This document shows, piece by piece, positions 1 to 9,822 of a stretch of 64,000 nucleotides of DNA. A program made the translations under genes and the position numbers. The stretch comes from Myxococcota bacterium (GTDB lineage Bacteria > Myxococcota_A > UBA796 > SXON01): positions 1 through 64,000 of the forward strand of contig JAZKFH010000012.1 of the NCBI GenBank assembly GCA_040386535.1. Direction: 5' to 3'. The notes beneath the pieces were generated by a model. The model was not told the origin of the DNA, did not search any database, and saw only the letters and a list, made by a program, of their open reading frames with translations. The number at the start of each line of letters is the position of its first letter. Within the stretch, counting starts at the first letter, position 1.

Positions 1-51
1 GACTGGAGAACGCTCGGAAGGGGCTCGGAATTCCCCTGAAGTGATCAAACG

Positions 52-2340
52 TCAGTCCTCAGGTGACCGCAACAACCGGAGGGCGTTGAACACCACGAGC
101 AGAGACGCTCCCATGTCCGCAGCGATTGCTCCCCAGAGCGACGCGACGCCCGCGAACGTGAGAACGACGAACAGCGCCTTGATCCCGAGGGCGAAAGCGG
201 CGTTCGCTCGGATCACCCCCAGCGTGCGCCGGGAGTGGCGGACGAGCCAGGCGATCTTGCGGAGATCGTCCCCCATGAGGGCCACGTCGGCGGTCTCGAT
301 GGCGACGTCGGTGCCTGCCACGCCCATCGCGATGCCGAAGGAGGCGCGCGCCAGCGCGGGGGCGTCGTTCACGCCGTCGCCGACCATCGCGATGGCGCCA
401 TACTGGCGCTCCAGGGCCTCGACCTCGCGTACCTTGTCCTCGGGGAGGAGCTCGGCGCGCACGTCCTCGATCCCGACCGCGCGAGCCACCGCTTCCGCGG
501 TCGCACGGTTGTCGCCGGTGAGTACGACAATGTGCCCGATCTCGCGCTTCAGCGCGGCCACCGCCGCCGCGGCATCCGGGCGGACGGCGTCGGCCACGCC
601 GAGCAGCCCGCACACGTGGTCGTCGTTCCCCACCACGACGACCGTGCGACCCGCCGAGGACATCGCGACGAGCCGGGCGTGGACCTCCGGGGTCTCCTGG
701 CCACGCTCCTCGAGCCACCGGTGGGAGCCGAGCCAGAACGTGCGCCCCTCGATCGTGCCCTCGGCACCCTTGCCGGCCACGGAGCGTACGTCGCTCGCGG
801 GCACGGGGGCGATGCCGAGCCCCCGGGCGTGTTCGAGGACCGCCGCCGCGATCGGGTGCTCGGAGCGCGCCTCGACGGCAGCCGCACGGGCGAGGAGGCT
901 GCGCTCGTCGTGGCCGTTGAGGGGAACCACCTCTACGACGCGGGGGCGCCCCTCGGTGAGGGTACCGGTCTTGTCGATCGCGAGGACCTTCAGCGAGGCC
1001 GGGATCTCGACCAGCCGTCCGCCCTTGAGCAGCACACCGTGGCTGGCCGCCGCGGCGAGCGCCGCCACGATGCTGACGGGCGTGGCAATGACGAGCGCGC
1101 ACGGGCAGCCGATGACAATGAGCACGAGCGCCCGGTAGATCCAGACGTCCCAGGCTGCTCCGAGGAGCAGCGGCGGGACCAACGCGACGGCGATGGCGCA
1201 CGCGAGCACCACGGGTGTGTAGACGCGCGCGAAACGGTCCACCCACTGCTCCGACTCGGAGCGCTTCGCCTGGCTGTCCGCGACCATCCGAACGATGCGC
1301 GCGAGCGTCGTGTCCGAAGCCGCCTTGGTGGAGACGATCTCCAGCGCGCCGCCGCCGTTGATGGTGCCCGCGAAGACCTCGTCGCCCGCTTCTTTCGAGA
1401 CGGGCACGCTCTCGCCCGTGATGGGCGCCTGGTTCACCTCGCTCCGGCCGGCGTGGACGCGTCCGTCGAGGGGAAAGCGCTCGCCAGGCCGCACGTGGAA
1501 CACGGTGCCCGGCGACACAGCGGCGGGCTCGACCTCGACTTCGACGCCCTCCTGGACGATCCGGGCCCGCTCCGGGGCCAGCCGGAGGAGCGCGGCCACC
1601 GACCTGCGCGCACGGCCCACGCTCCAGGCCTCCAGGGCGAGGGACAAGGCGAAGAGGAAGGAGACCGTCGCCGCCTCGAACCACTCGCCGAGGGCCAGGG
1701 CCCCCGCCACGGCGATCGCCATGAGGAGGTTCATGTCCGGGCGGAGCGTTCGCGCGGCGTACCAGGCCTTGGGGAGCACGATCCAGAGCCCCGCGCCGAT
1801 GGCCACGGCGTACGCGGCGCGGGCCGACCACGGGACGGTTTCGGCGAGCCCGGCACCCTCCGAGCCGATGGCGGCGGTCACGCCGGCGAGGGCCACATGG
1901 AGCCCGAAGCCGAGCGCCGTCCCGAGCCCGCTGGCGACCACGAGCGTGTCGCGCAGGCCCCACGCATGTGCCGGCTCCGGGGCCGTGCTCTTCGGCTCGA
2001 CCCATGGCTCCGCGCGCATCCCCGTCGCTGCGACTGCCGTGATGATGTCCGCCGGGGCGACGTCCGCCCGGACGCGCATCCGTCCGTTCAGCGGGTCGAA
2101 TTCCAGCGACTCCTGGGGCACCAGTGGGGTCAAGGCGCGCCGGAGGATGCCGACCTCCTCGGCGCAGTCCATCCCCTGGATCTTGAAGTCGAGGGTGATG
2201 CTCGCCAGAGACGTGTCGGGGGCCGGCCCGGGCGCCGCCGTTCGTGCGGGCGGTGCCACCTTCAACCCCACCGAGGCGGGTCCGGCAGTCTCCGGCTCGC
2301 ACGGGGTCCCGCAGCCACAGGCTTCCTTCTCCTGGCTCAT
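52..2340 (-). CDS. Heavy-metal translocating P1B-type ATPase (Zn/Cd/Pb, CadA/ZntA-like)
   Basis: Motifs TGES, CPC, DKTGTLT, GDGVNDAPALA; N-terminal GMDCAEE metal-binding domain plus CGCGTPC; C-terminal IKAL/ADMG signature. Start placed at MSQEK (2340), which overlaps the ArsR stop (ATGA). Confidence 0.95.
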   Translation of the reverse strand: MSQEKEACGCGTPCEPETAGPASVGLKVAPPARTAAPGPAPDTSLASITLDFKIQGMDCAEEVGILRRALTPLVPQESLEFDPLNGRMRVRADVAPADIITAVAATGMRAEPWVEPKSTAPEPAHAWGLRDTLVVASGLGTALGFGLHVALAGVTAAIGSEGAGLAETVPWSARAAYAVAIGAGLWIVLPKAWYAARTLRPDMNLLMAIAVAGALALGEWFEAATVSFLFALSLALEAWSVGRARRSVAALLRLAPERARIVQEGVEVEVEPAAVSPGTVFHVRPGERFPLDGRVHAGRSEVNQAPITGESVPVSKEAGDEVFAGTINGGGALEIVSTKAASDTTLARIVRMVADSQAKRSESEQWVDRFARVYTPVVLACAIAVALVPPLLLGAAWDVWIYRALVLIVIGCPCALVIATPVSIVAALAAAASHGVLLKGGRLVEIPASLKVLAIDKTGTLTEGRPRVVEVVPLNGHDERSLLARAAAVEARSEHPIAAAVLEHARGLGIAPVPASDVRSVAGKGAEGTIEGRTFWLGSHRWLEERGQETPEVHARLVAMSSAGRTVVVVGNDDHVCGLLGVADAVRPDAAAAVAALKREIGHIVVLTGDNRATAEAVARAVGIEDVRAELLPEDKVREVEALERQYGAIAMVGDGVNDAPALARASFGIAMGVAGTDVAIETADVALMGDDLRKIAWLVRHSRRTLGVIRANAAFALGIKALFVVLTFAGVASLWGAIAADMGASLLVVFNALRLLRSPED

Positions 2341-2669
2341 CGTTCCTCCTCGGCCGATTGGGTCGGCCCCTCGGCCGCATGGCGGATCGCGTCCTCGACG
2401 ATGCACCCGACGTGGTCGTCCTGGAGCTGGTAGATCACGCGCTTCCCCTGCCGCTCGGTCACGACGAGACGCGCTTCCCGGAGCTGGCGTAGGTGGTGGG
2501 ACATCGCGCTCTGCTCGACCGAGAAGGCCTCCACGAGCTCGCCGACGGAGGCGGGACCGCGTCGGTGGAGCCACGAGAGCACCGCGAGGCGCACGGGATG
2601 GGCCATCACCGCGAGCAGGTCGACCGCTCGTTCGACAGCCAGGTCAGCAGGGAACAGGGTTTCCGTCAT
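2337..2669 (-). CDS. ArsR/SmtB-family metal-sensing repressor
   Basis: HPVRLAVL...EQSAMSHHLRQLR winged HTH; alpha-5 metal site D-x-H-x10-H-x2-E (DDHVGCIVEDAIRHAAE). Start could be 2669 or 2708. Confidence 0.92.
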   Translation of the reverse strand: MTETLFPADLAVERAVDLLAVMAHPVRLAVLSWLHRRGPASVGELVEAFSVEQSAMSHHLRQLREARLVVTERQGKRVIYQLQDDHVGCIVEDAIRHAAEGPTQSAEEER

Positions 2670-2736
2670 GCGGCTTCCCGCCGGGAGGGCGCCCAGTCGC
2701 GAAGCCATCGGACGAGCGGGAAGGGACGGTGCAGCA

Positions 2737-2781
2737 TGCGGCGATCACCTGATGCCGCAATCATATGAATATTTCATCATG
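2737..2781. promoter_or_regulatory. Candidate ArsR/SmtB operator/promoter
   Basis: AT-rich patch upstream of arsR containing ATGAA-TAT-TTCAT (2765-2777) and TGCGGC..ATCACCTGAT..GCCGCA inverted repeats; TGAA..TTCA cores are typical of SmtB/CzrA boxes. Confidence 0.5.
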
Positions 2782-2827
2782 ACCGCAAGGCGAAAGGCAC
2801 CGGACGCCCGGACGAGGGGGGCATGGC

Positions 2828-2890
2828 CCTCCCGGGCGCCGGGACGCACTCGATGGACGAGATGGGGACGTGGTGGACCTCGCCGAGACT
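2828..2890 (+). repeat. 63-bp direct repeat, copy 1 (intergenic); copy 2 at 5648-5710
   Basis: cctcccgggcgccgggacg...gacctcgccgagact matches 5648-5710 at 59 of 63 positions by manual alignment. Confidence 0.92.
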
Positions 2891-2930
2891 GGCGGGAAGC
2901 GCGGGCCTGCGCGGCCATGTCGCGCAGACG

Positions 2931-4817
2931 TCAGGCGGGAGGACGTTCCGACGGGGCGATGGCGCGACGAATGAGCCCGGCATCAATGGTGGACTTGACC
3001 GCAGAATCGGGAAACCACGTCGCCAGCGGGTGCTCGAACCCAGTACCGCGCATGTAATTGAACAGCGCGAGTTGGAGGCCCTTGGCGAGCTTGTCGTGGT
3101 TCGCAGGAGTCTTGTCGACGTAGGGAAGCGCGTACCTCGCGAACAGGCCTTCCGGCGGAATCTGCATTGGCTGGAGCACAATGTTAAACGCAGCTGGATT
3201 GCGCCCCACCGGGCTATGCTCGGTCGCGTAGAACCTGTGCCAGTATCCGGAGTGCAGGCAGTTGTTCAGGAAAAGCTGGCGCACGACCTCGAGCGAATCG
3301 ATCGTCTCCTGATCGGTCTGCGTCGGGAAGCCGTACATCAGGTACGCGTGAACGCCGATCTTGTTTTCGCTGAACGCTCGCATGACCCGGGCGGCCTGTT
3401 CGATGTCGATCCCCTTGTTGATCAGCTTCAGCAGGCGCGGCGATGCAACTTCGAGCCCTCCGGTGACGGCCACGCATCCGGCCTTGGCCATCAAGCTCGC
3501 AACCTCGGGGGTAAACTGCTTGTCGAAACGGACGTTTCCCCACCACGTGATCTTGATCCTCTGGTCGATGAGCGCGTGCGAGAGCTGCTTGAGCAGAGTA
3601 GGTGGCGCGGCTTCGTCCACGAAGTGGAAACCTGTCCGTCCCGTTTGGGCGATGACGCTCTTGATCTGTGCGATCAGCTGCTCGACGTGCAAGGGTTCGA
3701 ACCGGCCGACGTAGTCGATGTGCACGTCACAGAACGTACATTTCTTCCAGTAACAGCCGTGGGCGAGCACCAACTTGTTCCACGGACAGTCGACCAGAAG
3801 CCGGTTCAGTTGGTTCGGGAAATCGATACGCGGCAGGTATTCGTCTGGTTTGAGGCCGCGATAGTCGGGGCCGGGCAAGTCCTTGAACGGCACGTCGCGC
3901 TCGGGGACCCCGTCCGCGCCGTGTTCCTTGGTGATCACGCCTCCCTCGCGCCGCCAGGTGCGCAGGCGCGTCGCGCTCTTCTTGGCAAGACCCTCGATGA
4001 TGAGCTCGAGAGGGCGCTCGCCGTCGTCGAACACGAGATCGTCGATGAAGTCGAACACCCGGGGATCCGAGAGATTTCGCAGTTTGGTGTAGACGTATCC
4101 GCCGCCCATCACCCTCCGGATACCAGGGTACCGGCGGCGCAGGATGTCGCCCATCCGAAGCGCCCAAAAAAGATTGGCGGGGAATGGGACGCTCATTCCG
4201 ACCAGGTCGGGCTTCGTGCGATCCACCGTCTCGACAACCAGTTCTTCAAACATGGCATCGATACAGGTCGGGTTCTCGCGGGCCCGCTCGAGGCTCTTCA
4301 GGGTGGGATTGAACGAGCTGTGGGCCGCCCCGCCCGCCTCGCCGAACTCCGGATCGATGCCCTCGCGAACCACGGCGAGGATGTCGTCGACGTACCGGCT
4401 GGCAATGTATTTCGCGCGGTCGTCCGTACCGAGCGCGCCGAACAATCTGAGGACTTCCGGTAGCATCAGAATGGTCGAGAACCGAGGACCTTCGGGCACG
4501 AACCTGCGCTGCGCGAGTAGAACGCCAAGCGAAGCGTCCTTCCCCTGCAAGAAACGCACGACCGGTGTGATGGTCGCCGCATAATCCTTGTAGGCGGACA
4601 GGAAAAACTGAGTAGCCGGGGTCAGCGGTTTCTTTTCGACTTCCGAATGGATCCTCGCCAGTCCGTCGGCCGACAAAATCCTGAGCTGGAGCCCGAGGCT
4701 CAAATCCGCCTGTTCGACGTCATGACCGCGCGATCGCAGGTAACCCGCGAGATAGGGCAGCGAAGCGTACGGGCTGTTGGTAAGCGTCACCGGCGGCAGT
4801 ACTAGGAGCGTTCGCAT
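2931..4817 (-). CDS. B12-binding-domain radical SAM protein
   Basis: CxxxCxxC motif (CYWKKCTFC); N-terminal PYASLPYLAGYL and PDLVGMSVPF...VMGGGY cobalamin-domain-like segments; FVDEA and GGLE motifs; visibly lower GC than flanks. Confidence 0.88.
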   Translation of the reverse strand: MRTLLVLPPVTLTNSPYASLPYLAGYLRSRGHDVEQADLSLGLQLRILSADGLARIHSEVEKKPLTPATQFFLSAYKDYAATITPVVRFLQGKDASLGVLLAQRRFVPEGPRFSTILMLPEVLRLFGALGTDDRAKYIASRYVDDILAVVREGIDPEFGEAGGAAHSSFNPTLKSLERARENPTCIDAMFEELVVETVDRTKPDLVGMSVPFPANLFWALRMGDILRRRYPGIRRVMGGGYVYTKLRNLSDPRVFDFIDDLVFDDGERPLELIIEGLAKKSATRLRTWRREGGVITKEHGADGVPERDVPFKDLPGPDYRGLKPDEYLPRIDFPNQLNRLLVDCPWNKLVLAHGCYWKKCTFCDVHIDYVGRFEPLHVEQLIAQIKSVIAQTGRTGFHFVDEAAPPTLLKQLSHALIDQRIKITWWGNVRFDKQFTPEVASLMAKAGCVAVTGGLEVASPRLLKLINKGIDIEQAARVMRAFSENKIGVHAYLMYGFPTQTDQETIDSLEVVRQLFLNNCLHSGYWHRFYATEHSPVGRNPAAFNIVLQPMQIPPEGLFARYALPYVDKTPANHDKLAKGLQLALFNYMRGTGFEHPLATWFPDSAVKSTIDAGLIRRAIAPSERPPA

Positions 4818-4999
4818 GAGCCAGATCTAACCTGGCGGGGCCTTCTCGTCGGCAGGGCCCGTGGAGTGGTACCGCGGTCGGATGTGGGACGGTCCAGGCA
4901 AGGCGTTGGCGCCATGGGGCGTGGACGAGGCGCTGGATCCATCCGCGGGGCGGCCGTTGCAGATCAGGACTCAAGACACCGCCTCGCTTCGCAGGAGCG

Positions 5000-5289
5000 C
5001 TCTGCGGTTTCTCGCGACGAACGCGTCGACGTATGCGGTGCCCGTTCACCCGCTCGTGGGCCGATCCGTCGAGGTGGTGCGGCGCGCGCGCGAGCACGAT
5101 GGGCGGATCGACCTCGACGTCCTGTGCGCCCGCGGGCGCTTCCCCAGCTGGCCATGGAGGGGGACCGACATGGGCGCCGTCCCACGGGCGACAGCGGCGG
5201 CGCGTTCGCGCGCGGTCGCGCTCTGCCTCCTCGTCCGGTCGTTGATGGCGGTCGGGCCTGAGTGGCTTGACGTGTCAAGAGAATCATAG
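5000..5289 (+). pseudogene. Possible decayed Y4bD/Y4pK (DUF5372)-like mobile-element accessory ORF
   Basis: VHPLVGRSVEVVRR...DLDV...WRGTD resembles, from memory, the HP.HPL.G..V.VV...WTD pattern of small ORFs upstream of serine-recombinase elements; no recombinase follows. Confidence 0.3.
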
Positions 5290-5396
5290 GCATGCCCTTC
5301 TGAACATATGGTCAGTAACGCTGCGCCGTCCCACGTAGACCCCGCCGCCGGTGCCGAAGACACCAGGTCGGCTGGTGGCGGGATAGGCACCGGCGC

Positions 5397-6845
5397 ATGC
5401 TACTTGTGGCCCTCCTCGGTTGTGACGTTGAGCCCTCCACGGACGAGGAAGGCGTGGACGATACCGGGCCGGCGGCGGACGACACCGCTACACCTGCCGA
5501 CGTTCATTCCCTCTCCGAGGCCGATGTTTCCGTGACGGGGACGGCCTCGACAGCAGTGGGAAACGCTGTCGCGTTCGCGGCGGGCGCCGAGCGACCGGCC
5601 GTTGCCTTCGCCGCGTACTTTTCCAGCCGGGTATGCGTCTTCAACAGCCTCCCGGGCGCCGGGACGTACTCCATGGACGCGATGGGGACGTGTTGGACCT
5701 CGCCGAGACTCAGCGACTTCGGTGGCTACTCGCTGGCAGGTGGGGCTGATCTCGACGGAGACGGCGCGGGAGATCTGCTCGTGGGCGCCGTGGGAGACAG
5801 CACGCAGGGTTCGGCCGCCGGCGCCGTCTACCTTCTCGCGGACCCCGGCATCGGGGGAGCCCGGCTGTTGGCCCAGGCGCGAACGACCTTCCTGGGCGAG
5901 ACGGTGGGCGACTACGCTGGATCCGGCGTCGCATTCGCCGGGGATGTGGACGGCGACGGCGCTCCCGACCTGCTGGTCGGAGCCTCGTCGAACGACGCGG
6001 GCGGCGTCGGTGGCGGCAGGGCCTACCTGATCCGAGGGCCCATCCCCACCGGCGAGTTCCTGCTCGTCGACGCGGACGCCCGGATCTCCGGGAGCGGTTC
6101 GAGCGGCGTTGCACCTCCGCACGGTGCGCCCGTGGAGGGGGATGGGGTCGGAGTCGCGCTCGACGGAATCGGCGACTTCGACGGGGACGGCCTCGACGAC
6201 CTCGCCCTCGGCGCGAACGGCAGCGACCGCGGCGGCTTGGATGCAGGCGCCGTCGCCATCTTCCTTGGTCCCGTGGCCGACGGTCCCCTGACGATCGACG
6301 CCGCCGACCAGCTTTATCTCGGCGATGCCGACTTCCAGTACGCTGGCGACGCCGTGGCTGCGGCCGGGGACCTGGACGGCGACGGCCTCGCCGACCTGTT
6401 GGTCGGAGGGAACAGCCAGGGACCGGGGACCACCTGGGTCGTGGCCGGTCCGGGCGTCCCGGGCTCGTCCACGATTACCGACGTACCCACGTCCCTCGTC
6501 GGGGAAGCCGACTTCGACTACGCCGGTGCGTTCTCGGCCCGCGCGGGTGACCTCAACGGCGATGGGTGGCAGGACGTCGTCATCGGCGCGTACGGCTCCG
6601 CGAAGGTTGCGTCGCAAGCGGGCGTGGTCTACCTCGCGTTCGGGCCCTTCCCGACCGGCGCCAACGCGGTCGCTGACATCGCTCGGCAGTGGCTGGGCGA
6701 ACAGGAGGAGGACAACGCCGGCCGGGCGGTAGCCGGTGGGGCGGACGCCGACGGTGACGGCCTCGACGACGTGCTCGTGGGGGCGCAGTACAGCGACGAA
6801 GGCGGGACGTTCGGGGGGCAGGCGTACGTTTTGTTGTCCAAATGA
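5397..6845 (+). CDS. FG-GAP/integrin-alpha-like beta-propeller lipoprotein
   Basis: Lipobox LLGC; repeated GDxDGDGxxDLLVGA...GAVYL units. Confidence 0.9.
   Translation: MLLVALLGCDVEPSTDEEGVDDTGPAADDTATPADVHSLSEADVSVTGTASTAVGNAVAFAAGAERPAVAFAAYFSSRVCVFNSLPGAGTYSMDAMGTCWTSPRLSDFGGYSLAGGADLDGDGAGDLLVGAVGDSTQGSAAGAVYLLADPGIGGARLLAQARTTFLGETVGDYAGSGVAFAGDVDGDGAPDLLVGASSNDAGGVGGGRAYLIRGPIPTGEFLLVDADARISGSGSSGVAPPHGAPVEGDGVGVALDGIGDFDGDGLDDLALGANGSDRGGLDAGAVAIFLGPVADGPLTIDAADQLYLGDADFQYAGDAVAAAGDLDGDGLADLLVGGNSQGPGTTWVVAGPGVPGSSTITDVPTSLVGEADFDYAGAFSARAGDLNGDGWQDVVIGAYGSAKVASQAGVVYLAFGPFPTGANAVADIARQWLGEQEEDNAGRAVAGGADADGDGLDDVLVGAQYSDEGGTFGGQAYVLLSK
5648..5710 (+). repeat. 63-bp direct repeat, copy 2 (inside the FG-GAP gene)
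   Basis: Encodes LPGAGTYSMDAMGTCWTSPRL; partner of 2828-2890. Confidence 0.92.
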
Positions 6846-7989
6846 CGGCGTGGTGCTCGTGACCTCCATCCGGAAGCTCCACGACGAGGGCGGGGCGATC
6901 GTCGTCGCCTCCGCGTCGAGTGGACCAGTCGGGTCTTCGGGGAGTCCAGGCTAGTTGAGTTCCTTCGGCGCGGTGAATTGGCTCGGATCAGGCCCGTTTG
7001 GGGGCGCGTCCCCGAAACCGCGGTAACATGCCCGCATGTGGCTCCTCCTCTCCGGCTTCGCCCACGCCTTCTGCGGAACCTTCGTCGGCTCCGATGGCTC
7101 CACGCTCACCAACAGCGCAAGCCAAGTGGTCCTGGCTCGGGACGGCACGCGCACCACGATGACGCTCGCCATGGACTACGAGGGCGACCTGGCCGAGTTC
7201 GCCCTGGTCCTCCCGGTGCCGTCCGTGCTCGGTGCGGAGGACGTGGCCGTCGTTGATGAGGATCTGCTGGCACGGGTGGACGAGTGGTCCATGCCGCGGG
7301 AGGTGGCGTACACCTGCGACGACCTGGTGTCGGTCGATCACGAGTTCTCCGGCTGCGGCATGACGCTCGGCTGCGCCTCCTCCAAGGATGACAAGGCGGG
7401 CGACTGGGACACAGCGGACGTCGCCGCCGGCTCCGTCTCGGTCGAGTCCACCTTCTCGGAGGCCGGCTACGACTTCGTAGTGCTCTCCGCCGAGGCCTCG
7501 TCCGGCCTCCTCGTCTGGTTGGAGGAAAATGGGTACTCGCTGCCCGCCGGCGGCGAAGATGTCCTCCAGGAGTACATCGACGCCGGAAGCTACTTCCTGG
7601 CAGCCCGGGTCTCCCTCGACGCCACCGGAGAGGGGAACCGTTGGTTACCCCCGATTCAGATCTCCTACGAGTCGGAGGCCTGGTCGCTCCCGATCCGCAT
7701 CGGCACGATCTCGGCTGACGGTCCGCAGGAGGTCATCGTCTATGCGCTCAACAGCTACGAAAAGGGAGAAGCGGGCATCTCCAACTATCCGGAGGTGGAG
7801 GTGGAGGACGAGTGCATGCGCCCGGACAGCGCAGAGCTCGGCCCGTATTACCAACAGAGCCTGGATGAGGCGTTCGCGCCGGGCGCCGGGTGGCTCGTGG
7901 AGTACAGTTGGGACCTCACCGCAAACTGCGATCCCTGCACCACTTCCCAGGGACTCACCCCGGATGAGCTCTCGGCGCTCCGGAACGTG

Positions 7990-9033
7990 TCAACATGATT
8001 GAGACAGAGAATTCGAAACTTCTGTGAACGCTAACGCGGTTGTCGTAACGACGGTGTTCGACCTCGGCTTGTTGATCCAAACTGCGGCGGGCAACGCGGG
8101 CGCCTTGGGTGGCCCGTGCACGAAGCGCTCAGGGTGAGCGGCGTAGGCGGCGTCGAGGACGCCCTGCTGCGCCTCCAGACGCGCCTTCGCGCGACCGAAG
8201 TGGACGTCGGCGGGGGTCAGATCGACGATGCCCGAGTGGTGGTGCTCGTGGTTGTACCAATGGTCGAACTTGGCGAAGTGGGCACGTGCGTCCTGGAGGC
8301 TGCCGAAGCTACCCGGGTAGTCGGGCCGGTACTTCAGCGTCTTGAACTGCGCCTCGGAGAACGGGTTGTCGTCGGAGACATGCGGGCGCGAGTGGGTCTT
8401 GGTGACCCCGAGATCCGCGAGGAGCTGGGCGACGGTCTGCGACTTCATCGAGGAGCCGCGGTCGGCGTGGATCGTGAGCTGTCCGCGCGCGATCCCCTGG
8501 CGCTTGCAGGTGACGTCGATGAGTCGCTCGGCGAGGACGGCGCTCTCGCGGTGCGCGACCATCCAGCCCACGATGTAGCGGCTGAAGATGTCGATGATCA
8601 CGTACAGCTGGAAGTAGCTCCATTTAACGGGGCCTCGGAGCTTGGTGATGTCCCAGCTCCAGACCTGATTCGGCCCCTCGGCGAGGAGCTCCGGGGCGGC
8701 GTAGGCGGGGTGTCGCAGCTGGTCGCGGCGTTCGCGGACCTCGTCGTTCTCCCGAAGCACCCGGTACATTGTCGACACCGAGCACAGGCGCGTTCCCTCG
8801 TACATCAGCGTCGCAGCCACCTCCCGTGGCGCCTGGTCCGCAAAGCGTGCCTCGTGCAGGGCAGCGAGCACCGCGGCACGTTCCTCGGGTGCCAGGGCGC
8901 GTGCGAAGCGCCTCGGCCGACGCGGGCCCTGCATCGGCGCCCGCCACCGGTAGAAGCTCGCCCTGGGAACGCCGAGGGCCTCGCAGGCCGGCACCACCCC
9001 GAGCTCGGGGATTGCCTCGGCGACCAGGCGCAT
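7990..9033 (-). CDS. IS3-family transposase OrfB (DDE/rve integrase core)
   Basis: WSWDIT, IDIFSRYIVGW, HADRGS and DNPFSEAQFKTLK motifs. Confidence 0.95.
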   Translation of the reverse strand: MRLVAEAIPELGVVPACEALGVPRASFYRWRAPMQGPRRPRRFARALAPEERAAVLAALHEARFADQAPREVAATLMYEGTRLCSVSTMYRVLRENDEVRERRDQLRHPAYAAPELLAEGPNQVWSWDITKLRGPVKWSYFQLYVIIDIFSRYIVGWMVAHRESAVLAERLIDVTCKRQGIARGQLTIHADRGSSMKSQTVAQLLADLGVTKTHSRPHVSDDNPFSEAQFKTLKYRPDYPGSFGSLQDARAHFAKFDHWYNHEHHHSGIVDLTPADVHFGRAKARLEAQQGVLDAAYAAHPERFVHGPPKAPALPAAVWINKPRSNTVVTTTALAFTEVSNSLSQSC

Positions 9034-9449
9034 CAGCCCTTCTCGCTGGGATCGTCGTTGGAGAAGGTCTCCAGCAACTGGGCCAGTTTTTTTTGGAGCG
9101 TGACCATCGCTTCGGCGCGACGGGCGCGCTTGTCCAGCTTCACGTTTTCGCGCTCGAGTTCGGCGATCCGTCGATCACGGGCATCCGGCGCGGGCTTCGG
9201 CACGGGGCCGCGGGCCTTCGCGGCGCCGGCCAGATCCCCACGATTGCGCGCCTTGCGCCACTCCGCGATGTGCGAGCTGTAGAGCCCTTCGCGGCGCAGG
9301 AGAGCGGAGACGTCACCGGGCTTCGAGGCGTTCTCGGCCTCCTGGACGATGCGTCGCTTGTAGTCGGCGGTGAACGTGCGCCGGCGTGCCCTCTCGGGCA
9401 CCTCGGTGGGCGGTGTCGTGTCGGGGATCGAGAGAGGCATCGTCAGCAT
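9033..9449 (-). CDS. IS3-family transposase OrfA (HTH + leucine zipper)
   Basis: RRTFTADYKRRIV...LLRREGLYSSHIAEWR; coiled coil; A8 slippery run at 9087-9094; TGATG overlap with orfB. Confidence 0.92.
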   Translation of the reverse strand: MLTMPLSIPDTTPPTEVPERARRRTFTADYKRRIVQEAENASKPGDVSALLRREGLYSSHIAEWRKARNRGDLAGAAKARGPVPKPAPDARDRRIAELERENVKLDKRARRAEAMVTLQKKLAQLLETFSNDDPSEKG

Positions 9450-9822
9450 GATCCGTCAGTTGCCCTGCGCGGTAAACTCGGGGGGGATCGGTGTCTCATC
9501 CAGCTTGGCACGGAGGGCTCGGTCTCGACGACTACCACGGGCACCTCACCCGCCTGCGCGTCCAGTACACCCCCGAGCAGGCCACCCAGGACCTCCAGCT
9601 CTACAGCACAGGGCGTCCGGGCATTGCGGAGCAGATCCGGTTCATCCGCTACGCCAAGGAGCTGGAGTACCTGTTCCCGATCTGCGGCGAAGGGCTCCGG
9701 GACAACCCTGGGACCTGCCTGTCGGAAGACCGCGCCGCCGTCACCGGGTGCAACGCGCCGGCCGTTCCCGCCGGCGGCCTCGGCGCGCTCGCGGCCCTCA
9801 TGCTGGCACGCCGGAGGCGGGC

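Larger units (their letters stand above)
7981..9516 (-). mobile_element. IS3-family insertion sequence, about 1536 bp
   Basis: Imperfect terminal IRs (CGTGTCAACATGATTGAGACA / CGTGCCAAGCTGGATGAGACA); flanking GCTC duplication at 7977-7980 and 9517-9520 (could equally be read as 3-bp CTC); orfA/orfB. Confidence 0.93.

Noticed and set aside
2341..2574. N-terminal extensions in the ORF track (ATPase from 2574; likewise MFS from 20436, pyrG from 39061, sdhB from 46952)
   Set aside because: They overlap other real genes; downstream starts with coupling or SD signals fit better.
2823..4463. 546-aa plus-strand ORF starting in the repeat
   Set aside because: It is the antisense shadow of the radical SAM gene, with no recognisable motifs beyond the duplicated 21 codons.
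2828..5710. 63-bp repeat pair as the template/variable repeat of a diversity-generating retroelement
   Set aside because: The mismatches (C/T, G/C, A/C, G/T) are not adenine-specific on either strand, the coding copy is not C-terminal, and no reverse transcriptase is present in the window.
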